Below, in pieces: positions 48,131 to 63,264 of a stretch of 64,000 nucleotides of DNA. Within the stretch, counting starts at the first letter, position 1. Each line of letters begins with the position of its first letter. The DNA comes from Octopus vulgaris (Eukaryota). Location: contig OX597816.1 of assembly GCA_951406725.2 (NCBI GenBank), positions 153,016,001 through 153,080,000 on the forward strand, read 5' to 3'. Under the pieces are notes generated by a model. The model had not been told where the DNA came from and ran no database searches. It worked only from the letters and a program-made list of their open reading frames with translations. Position numbers and translations under genes: made by a program.

Positions 48131-49211
48131 ATATATATAATACAAACACAGTAAGCATGCACATTCCAAAGCCTCTTCATCAGTGCTGTCTTCTGGAAAT
48201 TTTGTATCAGAATTCTCTTTGCCTAGATTACATGTCTGCATTGCATAACTTACCATGTTATATCTGTTTCCATTCTTTTATTTTGATGCTTTGTCATTCA
48301 TTGTTTCCTGATAATCTACTCTGAGATGACAGTTAAAAACTCTTACTATATATTCTTGAGCATTACTTGCTACTTTGTACAAGATATAGTGGTGGAGTGC
48401 TTCCATTCAGCCTCAAGACCTCAAAATGTTAACAAGTATTCAACTATAGGAAGCATATCAATTGAAAGTTTAGTGTCATAAACATTGAGAGAGTGCAGTA
48501 TTAAAGCCACCAAGCTCTCAGTTACTTCTCTACTGCCCTGTCTTCATTGTCATTTATGTTCTCCCTGTATATCAATATATGTATATATTGTTTTTACTGA
48601 TCCCAATCATTAGACCATAGGGCTCCACCTCCAAATGCATAATCAATTATATTGATTACTGTATTTGATGGCTGAAAAAAAACGAAGCTAACTAGGATAA
48701 AATTTACACTCTGAATTTAAGGGGACATAACTAGTCACCACAAAGTATTTCTTCTGATTCCCTCCTGGTTTAGTCACCCATCACTAGGTTTTCATGTGTG
48801 TGTATTTGTGTGTGAGTGAATGAATGAAGGTGTCTCTGATCTAGCTGACTTGACCATTATATAGACCAGCTAATTTTCTCTTGGATGTCTTTATTATCTC
48901 CATTGCATCTCATCCCCACCACCATAGATCCCTTGCCAAACCTTTAAGTAAAACTTTCCCTGAAGTATATTGCTGTGGAATATACACACTCCTGCTCATA
49001 CCTGTTTTTGTTTCTTCAACTATTTATTGTCATGAACTCATATTGGTCATTAATCATATTTAAACAATCAGTTTTCTATTCCTTGGCATAACCCTTCATC
49101 AAACTATGATTAAAAGTAATTAATACAACTTTTCAGTCAGTTGTCTAGTTTGTTAACAACTCTCTTAACCATGTTTAAAAATTATGTTTTATTTTGAAAT
49201 TTCTTTAATAG

Positions 49212-49343
49212 ATTAACCACTCTGAAGTTCAGCGGTGTTTACAATATAACTGATTATAGTATTGAGATGGTCAGCAAGGCTTGTCCAGAATTGGTCCACT
49301 TGGATATTCAAGGTTGCTATCGGTTAACTGAAGCTTGTGTTAA
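49212..49343 (+). CDS. FBXL15: FBXL15-like exon 3
   Basis: LTTLKFSGVYNITDYSIEMVSKACPELVHLDIQGCYRLTEACV; phase 2/2, AG/GT boundaries. Confidence 0.9.
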
Positions 49344-49639
49344 GTAAGTATTTTTTTTTGCTTCATTTCCTCTTTTATTGTGATATGTATTGCAGTAGGA
49401 ATGTAATTATTTATTGATTCTGATAAAAGAAACAATTTTTACATACTGTTTGGAGAATGTCCTCCTATTAGCTGTAAACTCCTGGTAAAACAAATCTCTG
49501 AACTTGGTTAAATGTTTCACTGTTGCAAATTCACTTACATTAAACCCATCTTTTAATTAGTGTAAGAGGAAATTCTAATTCCTGAGACAGAACTAAAACA
49601 GCTTCTGCAAAGTAGATCAACACAACTACAGATTTTTGT

Positions 49640-50480
49640 TCTTAAAATAATTAAAGAAGAGCTCAGACTCTCCAAATACCATGAAGATCTGCACCTGTGG
49701 TCAGTTTCATCAAATATTTGTTGATTTCTGTACGTCATTTGATAATATCAAATTCTAGTTCTCATAGCTGAATCCATAGGGGAATTACAGAAGAAATTCC
49801 AAGCATGGAAGCTAAATCTGGAGTTAAGAGGCCATAGGGTAAACCTTGCAAAGGCAAAGGTTTTAGTGAGTTGGAAAGAAGACAGTACCCTGTTACTTTC
49901 AGGGGAATGGCCTTGCTTGGTATGCGGAAAAGTAGTAGGTATAAGCTCCATACACTATATTTGTTGTCAGTATGTAATTAGTAAGAGAGGTAGTTGCTCT
50001 GAAAGTATAGTAGCTTGAGTGTGAATTGATTTGAGAAAGTTCAGGGAGCTACTACCACAGCTGATAACAAAAAGTGAAGGGCAGACAGTATGGTGCTTGT
50101 GTTAGAACTGTAATGCTGCTTGGTAGTGAGACATGTGCCTTAAATGCAGAGAACTTGAGAAAATTGAAAAGAAATTAAGTGAGTATTCTCTGGTGGATGT
50201 GTAGTGTAAGTGTGCATGAAAGAATTAGCACAAAGACACTGAGTGAAAAACTTGTCATAATAGGAATCAAATGCTGTGTGTGAGAAAGAAGACTATGCTG
50301 CTATGGACACATAGTGTGTATGGATGAGGACAGCTGCATAAAAAATTGCCTGTCGCTAAATGTGGCTGTTACTTGCAAAAAGGGGAGACCCAGGAAGTGG
50401 TTAATGTTGACTTTGGGAGCCTGAGCCTGACAAAAGCGATGACACAGGACTGGGATCTCTGACGATATGAGGTTCTAAAA
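49640..50480 (+). mobile_element. Decayed RTE LINE RT fragment in intron
   Basis: LVLIAESIGELQKKFQAWKLNLELRGHRVNLAKAKVLVS...GEWPCLVCGKVVG; a similar fossil lies at about 57550-58340. Confidence 0.75.
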
Positions 50481-51232
50481 ACGACCCACTCCTCTTCTGC
50501 AAAACTGAGTTTTGAAAGTGCTATGTATTGTGTTCTCTGCCTACATTACAGTGACTCTCACTCCCATGCATTAATCCTGGCTCTTCTCCCCCAACCCACT
50601 GACTCCTGCAGACTACCCAACCATGTCTTCCCCTCTCTTGTTTTCTATCCAACAGCTGTATCATCTTCACTACTCCTACTGCTTGCTCTCCCATTCTATT
50701 CTGCATTGCTCTATCTCCCCCAACTTGTGGCTTCTTGCTCACTCACCCTTCAACCTTACCCATTTTGGCAGTCTGTCTCTTTATCCCATACAATCTTGCA
50801 CTGTTTCTTCAACTCACCTTGTGCCTTATGGGGCCACCTAGGCACCTTGTCACGATTATCTTTTGCATTCTCTCACCACCTACTAGATGTAAGTAACCAT
50901 GCAGATCTTCTACAAGAACCTGCACTGCCACTGTCCTTCTCAAAGTTCTCTCCAATCATCCCCGAGCATGAAGCTGATCCTTCCCCACTCCCCCAAGATT
51001 TGTAATTCTGCAGGTTGCATGGCAACTGCAATAGTGCAGGTAGCTTGAAAAAGTTATCCAGTTCATGCTGGCTGGCATTAGGAAGGGCACCCAATAGTAG
51101 ACATTGGAACATGATGCAGTATTTGGACACATCAGATCCTGTCTAACCAGCCAGTCTGTTCCAGTATGGAACAGGGATGTTAAATGATGTATAATTTGCT
51201 TTAAATTTAGTGTAATTCTTTCTGTGTTTCAG

Positions 51233-51395
51233 ATTCATTATGACATACTGCAAATCCCTACAAGTACTCAAGGCTAAAAACTGTCAGCATATTAGTGAGC
51301 GATGTCTGCTGGGTCTTGATGAATCCATTAGTGTTGATGTCCTACATGAGACCCTCTCACGAAAGAAAATACCACGGATCACGGACCAAATTTGA
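51233..51395 (+). CDS. FBXL15: FBXL15-like last exon
   Basis: FIMTYCKSLQVLKAKNCQHISERCL...DQI*; phase-consistent; total CDS 861 nt. Confidence 0.88.
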
Positions 51396-52843
51396 ACTCG
51401 GTATTTGATTTTCTGTCTGATGTTCAGGAAAGTCCTTGTAAGAAATGATTCTCCACAGTTTGACTTAATGCACTGAGTTGATGATAATTGGAAATGCTGT
51501 ACTTATTGGGGTATAAAAGTTATCTAATTGGAGTGTTGTAACTAGGAGTTTTAGGGATCTGGAATGATAATGAACACCACATATTTCTTTTAATCACAAT
51601 TTTGCTGGTGGTGGACCTTTTAAAATGTATCAACATTTTGATTATATCCATGACTCTCCAATTGGATTCTCAAATAGTGCACCAAGAATTTTATATATAG
51701 TGATTTATCCTGTTTTGTTTAAATATTATTGTTGATTGTAAACATTTAAGCATAATGGTAGCTGTTGCCAACTACATAGCAAAAAACATTTTTGTAAGCC
51801 TTAAATTAATGGCTTAGTGTTGGAATGTCCAAATTGAAAGTAAATGGTACAATACCTATCGATTATTATTGGATTTTATGTATTTAGCTGAGAAAGTTAG
51901 TATGAATTGGAGATATTGATTATATGTCAAAAAGAGGTGTGTTTGTGTATATGAAACTGCAATGGGTTGTGTAAAAAAAATTGCCTACTTAAGTTGTATT
52001 ATGGTATTAGTTGAAGAAAAAAAGCATCATCATCATCATCAAATATCTGTCTTCCATGCTAGCATGGGTTGGACAGAGGCTTGTAAACAGAGGATGGCAC
52101 CAAGCTCCATTGTCTGCTTTTTACAGCTAGATGCCCTTCCTAATGCCAACCACTTCAGAGAATGGACTGGATGTTTTTTTGCATAGTACCAGCACTGGTT
52201 GTGTCACCAAGTAATTTGCAAGATCCTTTGAAAGGTGGGGGTGAGGTAATGAAAGAGGTGGCTTTGTGCCAGGGGATGCGAGAGACAGTATATCCTCTTT
52301 ATGGTACTGCTTGTGGTCAAACTATCTTGCAAATGACCAAGTTCACCTAGATGTAAATAAGGTACAATGGCATGGAAATTAAATGTCTATAAGCAACAGC
52401 ACTAAAGTTAATATTTCATTAGTTAGAAACAGTGGGTTGAGCACTGGGTGCATCTTGTAATGAAATAGAAGAGTTCTCCCATTAACATTTTCAGCTGGCT
52501 AGCCCTTCTACCATTATTCAAAACTATTTCCTCAGAGCTACAGATACAGTTTTTAAACTGTTCTGAGTTTGATGTGCTTTTTGAAACAAGTCTTGTCTCC
52601 ACATAGCATGCAAACGTTACTGTTCATAGTAAAGGTTTTCTATGTGTCTACCAACTAATACTAGCTGGAACTGCACTGTGTATATAGGAGGTGCTGGAAG
52701 CAAAATAATTGTTTAATGATGAATATGCTTAAGTGGGGTAGCGGAAACAGTGCTAAACTAAATACATTGCAATATTTAACTACAATCTCTTTATGTTCCT
52801 AGCTCAAACCCTGTCAGAGTTGGTTTTGTTTTCGTCCCTTTAA

Positions 52844-53151
52844 CTCTTTCAAGTCGGGTGGTACAAATAAAATAACACTTATTTGTATCAGTTTAATGAG
52901 CAGTGGTACATAATTTGTACTGAAACTTAAAGTTCTTTTCGCTGCATGGTTGGTAGCTTAGAAAACGTACCACTTCATCTATCAGCCAATCAGAAGCTAC
53001 CCTTAATCTGGCAACAATTTCTGCGACACAGACTGTTTTTTCAGTTGAATCAATTTTGTGCCAAAGGTCAGTTGAAGAGAAAACAGGAGTACAAACTTTT
53101 GTTATAAATTTTTGCCCTTCTAGAGTTTTTTTGTTTTGACCCCTGAAAGAC
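52844..53151. mobile_element. Possible piggyBac-like MITE
   Basis: TTAA at both ends with a short imperfect TIR (ctctttca / tgaaagac). Confidence 0.3.
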
Positions 53152-56100
53152 TTAAGATGTTCTGCATATATGGCATTTTCAGTCCATTTGGGGTCATGTT
53201 GGCAAGTGCCAGTAATGCACCTTGGTTAATTAAATTAAATAACTGATATGCTTTATCCAATGATCTGTATATAAGCCTTGACAATTAACAGTAATTAAGC
53301 TGCATTGGCATAGATTAACTACTACCCCACCACGACTATCTGTAAAAAAATAATTACAATACCATAAATTTTACCAACTGCAAAAGGCAGTTTTTATTGA
53401 TATAAACTATTACACACATACTATTATATTTACCATTTATATTATACAATATTCTGATATAATTCAGCTTTACAAGTGATTGTTAACATTAACTATCTTT
53501 CAGTGATCACTATATTGTATGTAATAATTTTATACGAAATTTGACTATGGTAGCACAAAGCATTAAAATTAAGGCAAGGAAAGTTGAGATTCTAGTATTA
53601 ATTTTCTTATCAAGGGCTTTATCCATGTGAGGTGAAAAGACTAAAAACAAGTTTACAACATTATTATTAATCGAAAGCTTATCTTTAGTTTCCATTATCT
53701 GCTAGGCATTATGGTGCACTTAACCCTACTAACTCGGTTACAATTAGAAAGGTAATTTAAACGTAATTGCAAGGGAAATAACTCGTAAACATACTTCATT
53801 TATTAAGGGACGTAATCAATCCCCTTCAAGAAAATATCAAGTTTGTAGTAGCTCAGTTATTAATTATGAATTCACTATGGCATTGGCTGTGTAATAGTAA
53901 TATTAAGGTGAATATTTTCTCAATTGTGGTCTTTTCTATGCTCTCTAGTTAATCTGCTTCATGACCAATTTAACTACCATTAAGTTCACTGAAAATGATC
54001 AGTAGTTCATTACGTTTTGAGTTGGAAAATTGTGATAAAAAACAAAAAAGTTACAATAAAATGTTAAAAATGGGAGGGTAACAGATGTAAATTGTAAGCA
54101 GTATAGTTTCCTTATTTCTATAATATTTTTGTTTTAGTTACACTTAAATAAAAGATGTCAATGAGGAATCTAATTTTACAGAATTAGAAGAAATCATGTC
54201 AGAGTTGGTGCAATAGAACTGAGGTAAAGTGAATGTGGAAAGTGTAATACCTGATTTTTTTTTTTTTTACATAATATCTCTTATTTTGAAAGGCAATTTA
54301 GTATAATTAAGTTTAGTTGAAGGATAACAAAAGGAATCTACTTAGGTAAACTGTATCAAAATTGAAGCAATAGAAAAACTTATGAGCAATGCAAGTAATG
54401 CCAAAATTCATTTTTAAGCTGTCATATGTTATTTTAAAAAAATTAGTATAATTAAGATTTCATAAAAGATCTAAATGAGGAAAATCTAATCTTGCAAACT
54501 GTCAAAATTGGTAAGGTAGAAAAAAAAGTTGTGACAAAACATGGTCCAACTTGAGCCAGTACAAAACACAGACATTAAATGATGATTGGTATATATATGT
54601 AGTATGTGTAATATTTCATGTAATGTACCCTGCTTTGTTAATCTTATTCTATCTTTTAGAACTGTCGAGGTTTTCTCAATGTGAGTAAAAGATTCTTTAT
54701 ACTTATCGAAATATTTTATTAATAGTAATCTAAATGAATAGTAGACAGATTTTAGCAATATATAAGCTTGTTAGCAAGTCCTACCCCAATAACAACCAAT
54801 GATATTCATACCACTATCAGTTAAAAATGTCTAGATGAAGACAAGGCACTTCAGCTTTTAAGTAGCCGTGTCTACTCCAAATCTAGTATAGACCTTAGGC
54901 ATAAATCTGCTGGCCTTTGAGACGGTCTTATCACAATGTACTCTGTAGGCCAGCTAAGAATCACCAGTTGAAATGGCTGGGCCAATTAGTGTACTTGAGT
55001 GACCGAATGATCTCAAAATGGCTGCTCTATTGCTAATTTGTAACAAGATAAACTTATCTGTAGAACAACCAAAAAGGAAAAAAAATACTAGAATAAACTA
55101 GCAACTATATTAAATTGTTATTGTATTGGTCTCTCTATCTTGAAAAAAAGATTCATATTTGAGTATTTAGAGTGATAATTTGAAAAATATTAAAGACATC
55201 ATCCTCTAAGATGTAGCAAAGATGCAAGTTGAAATGAGAGTGCAATCAGTACATCTACTCACATTTGGACAATACTTTTCCCTTCTGCTCCATTCTTTCA
55301 TACTCTGCAAAAGTTTGTTATTCATTGGCTAACTCTTTTCCCTTTTGTTATAGGTTAGGGATAATGGATTAAGAACAACTGTACATAGGTAATTGAGTGT
55401 GTGTGTAAGAGTGTATGTATAATATTTATGACATAATACACATTTGCAAGTGATGGGAAATAAAAAAAATAAGTTGGTTGGTATAACACTTTATAATAAA
55501 TAATATATTTATAATCATTTGTATTTTCACATTACAAGATTTGACCAGATTTTGATAAAGAAAAATATTTTGCTCACCTCATCTTTCATCTTTTTCTATG
55601 ATTAAAAACATATTCGAGACATAAGTCACATTTTTCCTGCCGTTCCAAAGATTTCATGTATACACCTGATATATTAAGGAGACTTGAATAAGAGTTATCT
55701 CTCATCAACTAGAATGTCTTATTACAAGCTGTTATCTGACTCACAATCCAGTTCATTACTTGAGTCTAATTTTCACATCCACTCCGTCATCATTTCAAGT
55801 CTTTTCATTTTACATATCACAATTTTAACTTAGCAGTAAATTATTGGATAAAACCCAGAATCTAAAAATATTGATGATGGTCTCCAATAACAAAAATTAT
55901 TCTGTTTGTGACTTCATAGAAGAGTTTGGTAAGGTTGGTTGCTGTGAACAATTAAGAAAATTAATGTTCCAGCTTCTTGTGCTTAGTCTGAGACTAAGAA
56001 AGAGAAAATATTGTCTGTTTGGCTGCAAACTTGTGAAATTATTGCTCCAATATCAAAACATTCCAAATTTCTTCCTGTCTGATAAAAGTTTTCACAATTT

Positions 56101-56573
56101 GAATTATACAATTTACATTGTGTGTCTGCAAACAAATTAATTTTTCAATACACATTTGAAGGAAAGTGTAGAAGAATTTAACTTATTGTAGTAATCAGTT
56201 GCAGTTATTTTGATATCTGTATATATTGGGTGATTTTAAGAAGATATTTGTATAGCAGACTGCAGTGTTGCAGATGTGTTTGTGGGCAGTAGATGTAAGA
56301 CCTATGAGTTCAGGTAGACTGATTTCTTTAACTGTCATCCATGTATTAAATGCCCTTTTACAAGTGCAACGGTGAAAATTTTAAGATTTTTTTTTTCTTA
56401 ACTAGATAAAAAAGAGAAACAAATCATCCATTACTGCACGAGGAAATGGATTCAAATACATTTCTTTTGTAACATCAATTTGATGTTAAAAGATTTTTAA
56501 ACAAAGCTTTTTTGCCTTTACCAGTGATATACTCAATAAATGAACATCATTAACCATAGCTAAGAAATACATA

Positions 56574-56841
56574 TCAGTGCTTGAAAAATGCAGTTAAAGC
56601 TGTTTGCCCTTTAATCTGTGGTAAGAGTTTCCGGCGACATTTTTGCTTTGCTTTTTTTGGGTCTGATTCCTTTTTGCGTTTAGTTGCCTCACTTTTTTTG
56701 GAAGGTTGAGTGACAGGTGATAATATATCTTGAGCAGCTTCCAATATACTAGGATCATTCTCTTTATCTTTGGTTCTATTTGATGGTGTGAGTTTGGCAA
56801 AAGCTGTCTTTTTGCCACTAGCTGGGTACATCAAGGTCTTA
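56574..56841 (-). CDS. PARPBP: PCNA-interacting partner (PARI), last exon with PIP box
   Basis: Ends RRKLLPQIKGQTALTAFFKH* (Qxx[L]xxFF PIP box, like the PARI C-terminus); ttttag acceptor, phase 2. Confidence 0.85.
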
Positions 56842-59459
56842 CTAAAACCAAAGGAAACAATCAAATACTTTTAGAAACAAAAAAAAAATAATTATCAGGA
56901 TTATTATACCCCTCCAAAAAATTATGTGTGTTATCTTGACTAAGATTAATACTATTTACAAATTTTCTTAAATAATAGCATAGACATTGTGGATTTCAAT
57001 ATCTTAAAAGGTTGATAACAATTTCTATTATGTGACAGAGTAAGACCTGCTTTCCTTCACGTTAAAAATAATAGCTTCTCTGGTAGACTATGACATCTCC
57101 AATAGCTCATTACAATTGTAACTAATGTAAATTATTCAGATGCAGTGAACTGTATTCCCTCATATGTAAAATAATGTCTGACCACATGTACATACAGATA
57201 CAAAATTTTGCCACCTATGTCTGTTGACCCATACAATTGTTATCACTTCCTGTGCACACAAACACTGAACCTTGTCTTGGTAATACAACAGTGAATTTGT
57301 TAATTACTGTTTTCTTTTTCCTCATCTACAGTGACTTCATATGGTTACAGCTCTCTTCTCACTCATTCTCAATGCTATCTAAATTCTTCAGTTGAAAATT
57401 ACATCCCTCTCAGATAAAGTGCCCTCCCCCCCAATCAAATCACTTTCTTCTTATGGCACACAAATTTATCCAAAGCCATGTATATTCTCATAGCTTATAT
57501 TTAAAATAATGTTAAGTTAGAGGCTGAACTGCATCTCATGAAGACTAACTCTCTCTCAGGAAAAAGAACTGCTGATGCTATCTTCCTGGTGGGGCAATTG
57601 TAAAAGTACTTAAGTTAGAAACCATTATAGTTAACATTCATTGACCTGGAGAAAATCTTCAGCAAGGCTGTTAGGAGTAGATGAATGGATTGTGAGAGTT
57701 GTACAAGCCGTGTACAGAAGTGTATTCAGCAAGATGAAAGTTAAATTTAATGTGCACACTAGTGGGAATAACTATATGCTAGTTATCATTCTTATGGTTG
57801 AATTTGGAGGAGAATTATAAAAAAAATTCAGGTGTAGAAGCAAAAGGCCTCACAGTTAGCTTAGTGAAGAAGTAAAAAAGACAATGCTTCCATTTTGGAA
57901 ATGGTTTGTCTGATATATAGACAAATAGAATGGCAATACAACAGATGAAACAAACCTTTGTATTTAGCAGATGCATTGAAGCAAATAAATACTAAGTACA
58001 CAAGGAAAATAAATTCTCTTAAATTTCTTGGAGGATCTCTAGAAGTAACTGGTTTTTCTGTTATTAAAGTAATTTAATTAGCAGTGGCAGAAGAGGTTTT
58101 GAAAGTAGCCAGTGAATGAACTTTCACCTCAAAATATCAACAAATTGCATGATGCTTCTGTGTGAACTGTGATGCTACATGGTGGTCAGACAATCCTGAA
58201 TTAAGGAAATTAGCAAAAACTAGAAAGAAATGAAGTGTGTGCATGGATGATGAGGTACAAATGTTAAAGCAAGCTAGACATAAGAATCAGGATGACTGCA
58301 TTTGTGTGCCTAGAGAAGATGACATATCTGAAATAGTTGGTGACATACTATGCTGAAGAGTGTGTGTGTGTGTATATATATATATGTATGTATGCATACA
58401 CACACCCCTCACCCAATTTGTTCCTTTCAAGTTTACATTTGATCTTCCTATCACTCATGCTTCCATCACTCTTTTACTCATCATTCAACTCATCCCCTTC
58501 ACCCATCCCCTCCTCTATTTACCATATTACTCTATTGTTATTATTAATGAGACCAGAAACTCCCGTCTCACTTTTACCATCAACCACATCCACTCATGCT
58601 TACCATCAATTACCTCTACCCTTGTTGCTATTCATCTCTCAGTCTCCCTCTCTCACATCCTCATAAAGATCACCCACCTTTATGATTCTTGTTCTGTCAC
58701 CTGAGAGAATTTTCAACACCTTATCTAAAGTTATACTGTTATGCCTTATCCTTCTTGGCTGTGGGGGTTCTTCAGTCTTGAGTTACAAGGCACCTCTTTA
58801 TTGCTGGTGTCATGAAATGTGTCCAGTATACTTTATAAAGTGTTTGGTGAATTGCACAAAGACAACACAGGATTGAGAGGATTCTTCAGTTTTGCTGAGG
58901 GCATGGCAACCTCTTTAGGGTTGGTGTCATGGCAAAATGCAATCAGTATAATCTAAAGTGGTTGGTGTTAGAAAAGCCATCCAGCCACAGTATCATTTAA
59001 AATTTGTGACATCTGAGCAAAATGTGGTTGTCTACCCATCTAGGGTAGAATTGACTTAGATCCTGTTCAGCCCTACAACCCATACAAGCATGGAAAATAA
59101 ACAATGATGATGATGATTAACCATATCAATAAGAATTAAGACTTTGTCAGACACAGCACAATGCTCTTTCATGAATATCTAGAAATCTTGCATGAAGTGC
59201 TTCTTTCTGCAATGGACATGTCAAACTTGTGAATTAATTTTGTAATTCTGCAAAAGTTATGCTACCAGGGGAAGGTGAGGATCAATAGCAAAAGTGAACA
59301 TTTATGTTCCAAGGGATTAAAAAAAATGAGTATCTCAATGTGAAAATAAATGTTTGCTCAAATCTAAATTTGAAAGGAAAACATTGCAATATTCACATTA
59401 TATTGAAAATGAAAACACTGAGGTAAAGCTTGTCAAAATCAAAATTGTAGAAGTATTAC

Positions 59460-59548
59460 CTTGGTAAAATATGCTTTACTTCAGTGATTGGGATCTGATT
59501 ATTAGGGCTATTAGATGCCCAATCAAAGTGAGACTTGTTGGTATTCAG
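59460..59548 (-). CDS. PARPBP: PARI internal exon
   Basis: LNTNKSHFDWASNSPNNQIPITEVKHILPS; AG/GT boundaries; phases 0/2 fit the neighbouring exons. Confidence 0.8.
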
Positions 59549-59616
59549 CTACAAAGAAATAAAAATAAAAGAAATTGAATTGTGATGTATCATTATATAT
59601 AAGTACCTTAAGTATA

Positions 59617-60472
59617 TTGAGTCATCCCATATATAATGCAGTTTTTCAATTGCATGAACTAAAAGTTGGAGGGCGACGGAATAAACCACCTGCATCAATT
59701 TGCTATAAAAGCAGGTAGTAATTTTACCATGTCTTTATTCTTAGTGCAAGTTTTGATGTGTGTAGTTCGATTTTAACAGTTATTTTTTCAAAGCTGTAAT
59801 AGAAGTGACAAAGGAACATATTTGGCATATTTTGCTTTATGAGTTCAATAAAGGCAACAATGCAGCAGAAAGTGTGAGGAATATTAATGCAATATATGAG
59901 GATCTGACAATAAGCGTAAGCCAGTGTCAACAGTGGTTCCAGAAATTCTGATCCGGAAACTACAGCTTAGAAGATGAGCCTGACGAGGACATCCTGAAAA
60001 CCCTGGTGGAACAAAATCCCATCATAACTGTTGAGCAGGTATGGGATTTTGAGTTGACACCAGTGCTAGAAGAAAAATGACCATCTTTGGTTTCAAGATG
60101 AAAGGTGTTCTTCCAGGATAATGCTCAGCTACATACGAGGATGACATTTCAAAGGCTGGAGCAGTTTGAATGGGAAACAATGCCCCACCCACCATATTCA
60201 CTGGACATTGCCCTATCTGATTATCATTTATTTCGCAATTTTCAAAATCATTTGGACAGAAAAAATATGAATTCTGTAGATGAGGTCAGAACAGTAATGG
60301 AGGAGTATTTTTCATCACAGATAAGAGAATTTTGGAAGAGGGGCCTTGCAAGCTTACCAGATAGATGGAAGAGCATTGAAGAAAATTAAGGAGAATATAT
60401 TTTAGATTAAAAAATAACTTTATCTTAATTTTGAAAAATAAAAGAAATTGCATTATTTATGGAATGACCCAT
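59617..60472 (+). mobile_element. Internally deleted mariner (Mos1/Hsmar-type) in PARPBP intron
   Basis: TIRs of about 30 bp (ttgagtcatcccatatataatgca / tgcattatttatggaatgaccca), TA TSD; HILLYEFNKGNNAAE... and QDNA...HPPYSLDIALSDYHLF. Confidence 0.9.
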
Positions 60473-61086
60473 TATATCATTGCTAACAAGAATTGATACA
60501 TCCTTTCAATACAACATCCTGTATCAGCTCTTCTCAACAATAATATCTTAATATTTGGTTGCTCTCAGAAAGGGAAAAGTACTTGGGTACTGTGAAATAT
60601 TGTTAAAAGGGCTCTTTTCCTTTTATCATTTAATGGTTTCAGTCATAAGACTGGTTTGTTGATACACTAGCTACAAAACTAAGTCAATTATATCATCCCC
60701 AGTACCTTGTCTGGTACTTATTTTATTGATCTCTTAAATTCCTCTAAGGAACATAACAGACTAAACCCCTAATTGCACATTTTCTTGCTACACCTGTTTT
60801 ATCAGTTTCTATTTTCACTGACACACACACACATACAGCTTTCACATAGTTTCTATTTGAAATTTCACTTGGGATGGCACTCAGAACCATGCAGTTACAA
60901 AGCAGACTTAACTATACAGTTATTGTTTGTGACCTCTGGGAAAAGACTAAAGAAAAAAATTTCAGGTATAAATATCAAACATCTAATATTTTTAAACAAT
61001 TTCATATCAGTTTTTCTATTTTATGTAAATAATAGTGAAGTAATTTAAAAGTGTCAGCCACCAAACAAAGATACAACTTTCTTTAC

Positions 61087-61171
61087 CAAAGCATTTTGTT
61101 CGGTTTTATGTTGTGAAAGACGTTGTGCAAGAGGTTTTTCTTCTTCTATGTCTAGTTCTGGATCTGGAGAC
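61087..61171 (-). CDS. PARPBP: PARI internal exon
   Basis: SPDPELDIEEEKPLAQRLSQHKTEQNAL; phases 2/0. Confidence 0.85.
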
Positions 61172-63264
61172 CTAGAAAAGATAAATCATAATAGAAAAAT
61201 AATTTTCTTTAGGCCACAAAATATTTTAGTAAATTGTTTTTATATATATTTCTGTGCACACACAAATCCTGAATGGGGATGGTTATAGCCAATCTGACTT
61301 CAGAGTCAGTGATTCCGCAATAATTGTAGTGAGGTTTAAACTCCTGGTCATATATCCAACCATTGGTTTTCTTCAGTTATAAATGAAAAGTAAGTATTAT
61401 AAAAGAACTTTCTCACAAATGAGTATTATGATCATCTGTGTTTTTGATGATACAGCTATATGACTTACATTCCTTCTAAATTTGGCAAAAGGTCAGCAAT
61501 TTTGAAGGGAAGAGGAAGTCAATTATATGACCCTCATGTTCAACTGGTACTTATATTATCAATCTCAAAAGGAAAGGCAAAGTTAACCTTGGTGGAATTG
61601 GAACTTGAAAAATAAAGAGCTGAAAGAAATACCATGAAGCATTTTGTCTGACATACTAATGATTCTGCCAGCTTGTTGCCTTAAATTACATTTACTTACA
61701 ACTACTTACATTAATGTCAAGGTGTTGACAATATTACAATTTTTGCAATATGCTCTCACGCTTGCAGTTTTACTGAATTTATAAGTCTGAATTTGAAAAA
61801 CCACAGTAAGTACACCCACCTCATGAAGTCATCCATAAATATCATGAATGATGGGATATAAATAATGGTGGGAGTATTTTAGAGAAAGTGTAAAAGCATG
61901 ATTAAAAATGAAGTGAAAGACATTTAGGAAATTGTTATCTTTGTTGATAACAAGGGGTATCTGCTACAGGGTTAGTTGATCTGCTTGCTTTAGCTGTTAT
62001 ATCTTCAAATCACATCAAAATGTCTTGAATAAGAAAAGTACATATTAGATAATATGGTTTTACATATCTGTTTAAAAAACATGAAATGTCTTTGGTCTGG
62101 GGTTTGCTAATAACGAAAATGGAGATTATATGAAACAGGAGTTAGGAATGTGATACAAGTCTTGTAGGAAGGCCTGGGATTTGAATACAATAGATCTGAG
62201 TTTGAAGAGAAATGAGTTGGTTATGAGTGGTTGAATTTTATGTTTGTTGTTTTGGCAAGTAGTCCAGTTTCCTATTGATTTCTCAAAGAAGCTGTTTGAA
62301 ACCTGAGAGTTTTAAAGATGGATATATTAGAAATAGGCGACAGAGGTTTCTATGAAAGATCACTAAGTGAAATGCAAATTACTTCAGTCAATTAAGGGTG
62401 TTATGCCACTGTATAGTGCTTACATTAGTCTAACATTTGCTTAAAGCAAGACAAATTTATTGGTATTATGATAAAATAAATTATAGTTCAGTTTATATCA
62501 ATGAAGAGTAAATGATAAACTTTTCTGGAAATCCAAAGTAAAAATCACCAAATGAAATGTCAGATACTTTAGGTTGTAACTAACCATGAAGATAGGGTGT
62601 CAGAGCCATTATGAATAATGAATTTATAATTCATATGTTGATAAAATATGTACCAGTAATATGATGGAGTTAGTTGCTTAATTAAAAGAAATCAACAATA
62701 TTGACCAAAACCATACATTTTTACAAGAGAAAGTTGCAGTGAAATGAACTGACTCCAATACAAGCCTGGTCCTGATGTTATTGATCCCAGAAATGTGAAG
62801 GACTTGCCATAAAAGATCGAGATTGTGAGATCTCTGTACCAATTTTCAAGACTTAATTGTATGTTGTTTATAACTGAAAAGGGTGATGCAGCACCTGTGG
62901 CATGATAAAATGCAACTAGTCCCTATTGTAAAGTGGTTGGTGGTAAGGACATCCAACCATAAAAGTCAAACCAAACCTAATACAACATACATAACACCTG
63001 AGTTAGCCAGTTACCTTCTTTTGTTACGTGCTCCAAGTGGTAAAATACAGTGTGACCAGTCCAACATATACCAGCATGGGAAAATAGACGAATGATGATA
63101 TAAGCTTTGAATTCAGAAGAGAGAGAGAGTGAAGCATAACTAAATATTGAGAGTCTCTGTACTTCACAATTTTTGCTAAACCAACATCATTAAAGTGACA
63201 TAAATCAAAATTTCATTTTCTAGGAAGGCAACAAAAAGTAAATAACAAAAAAATGAGGACATAC

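Noticed and set aside
56574-56640. RNASEH2B or another PIP-box protein
   Set aside because: Upstream exons match PARI motifs (CGR...LD, FRSP...KPL) rather than RNase H2B.
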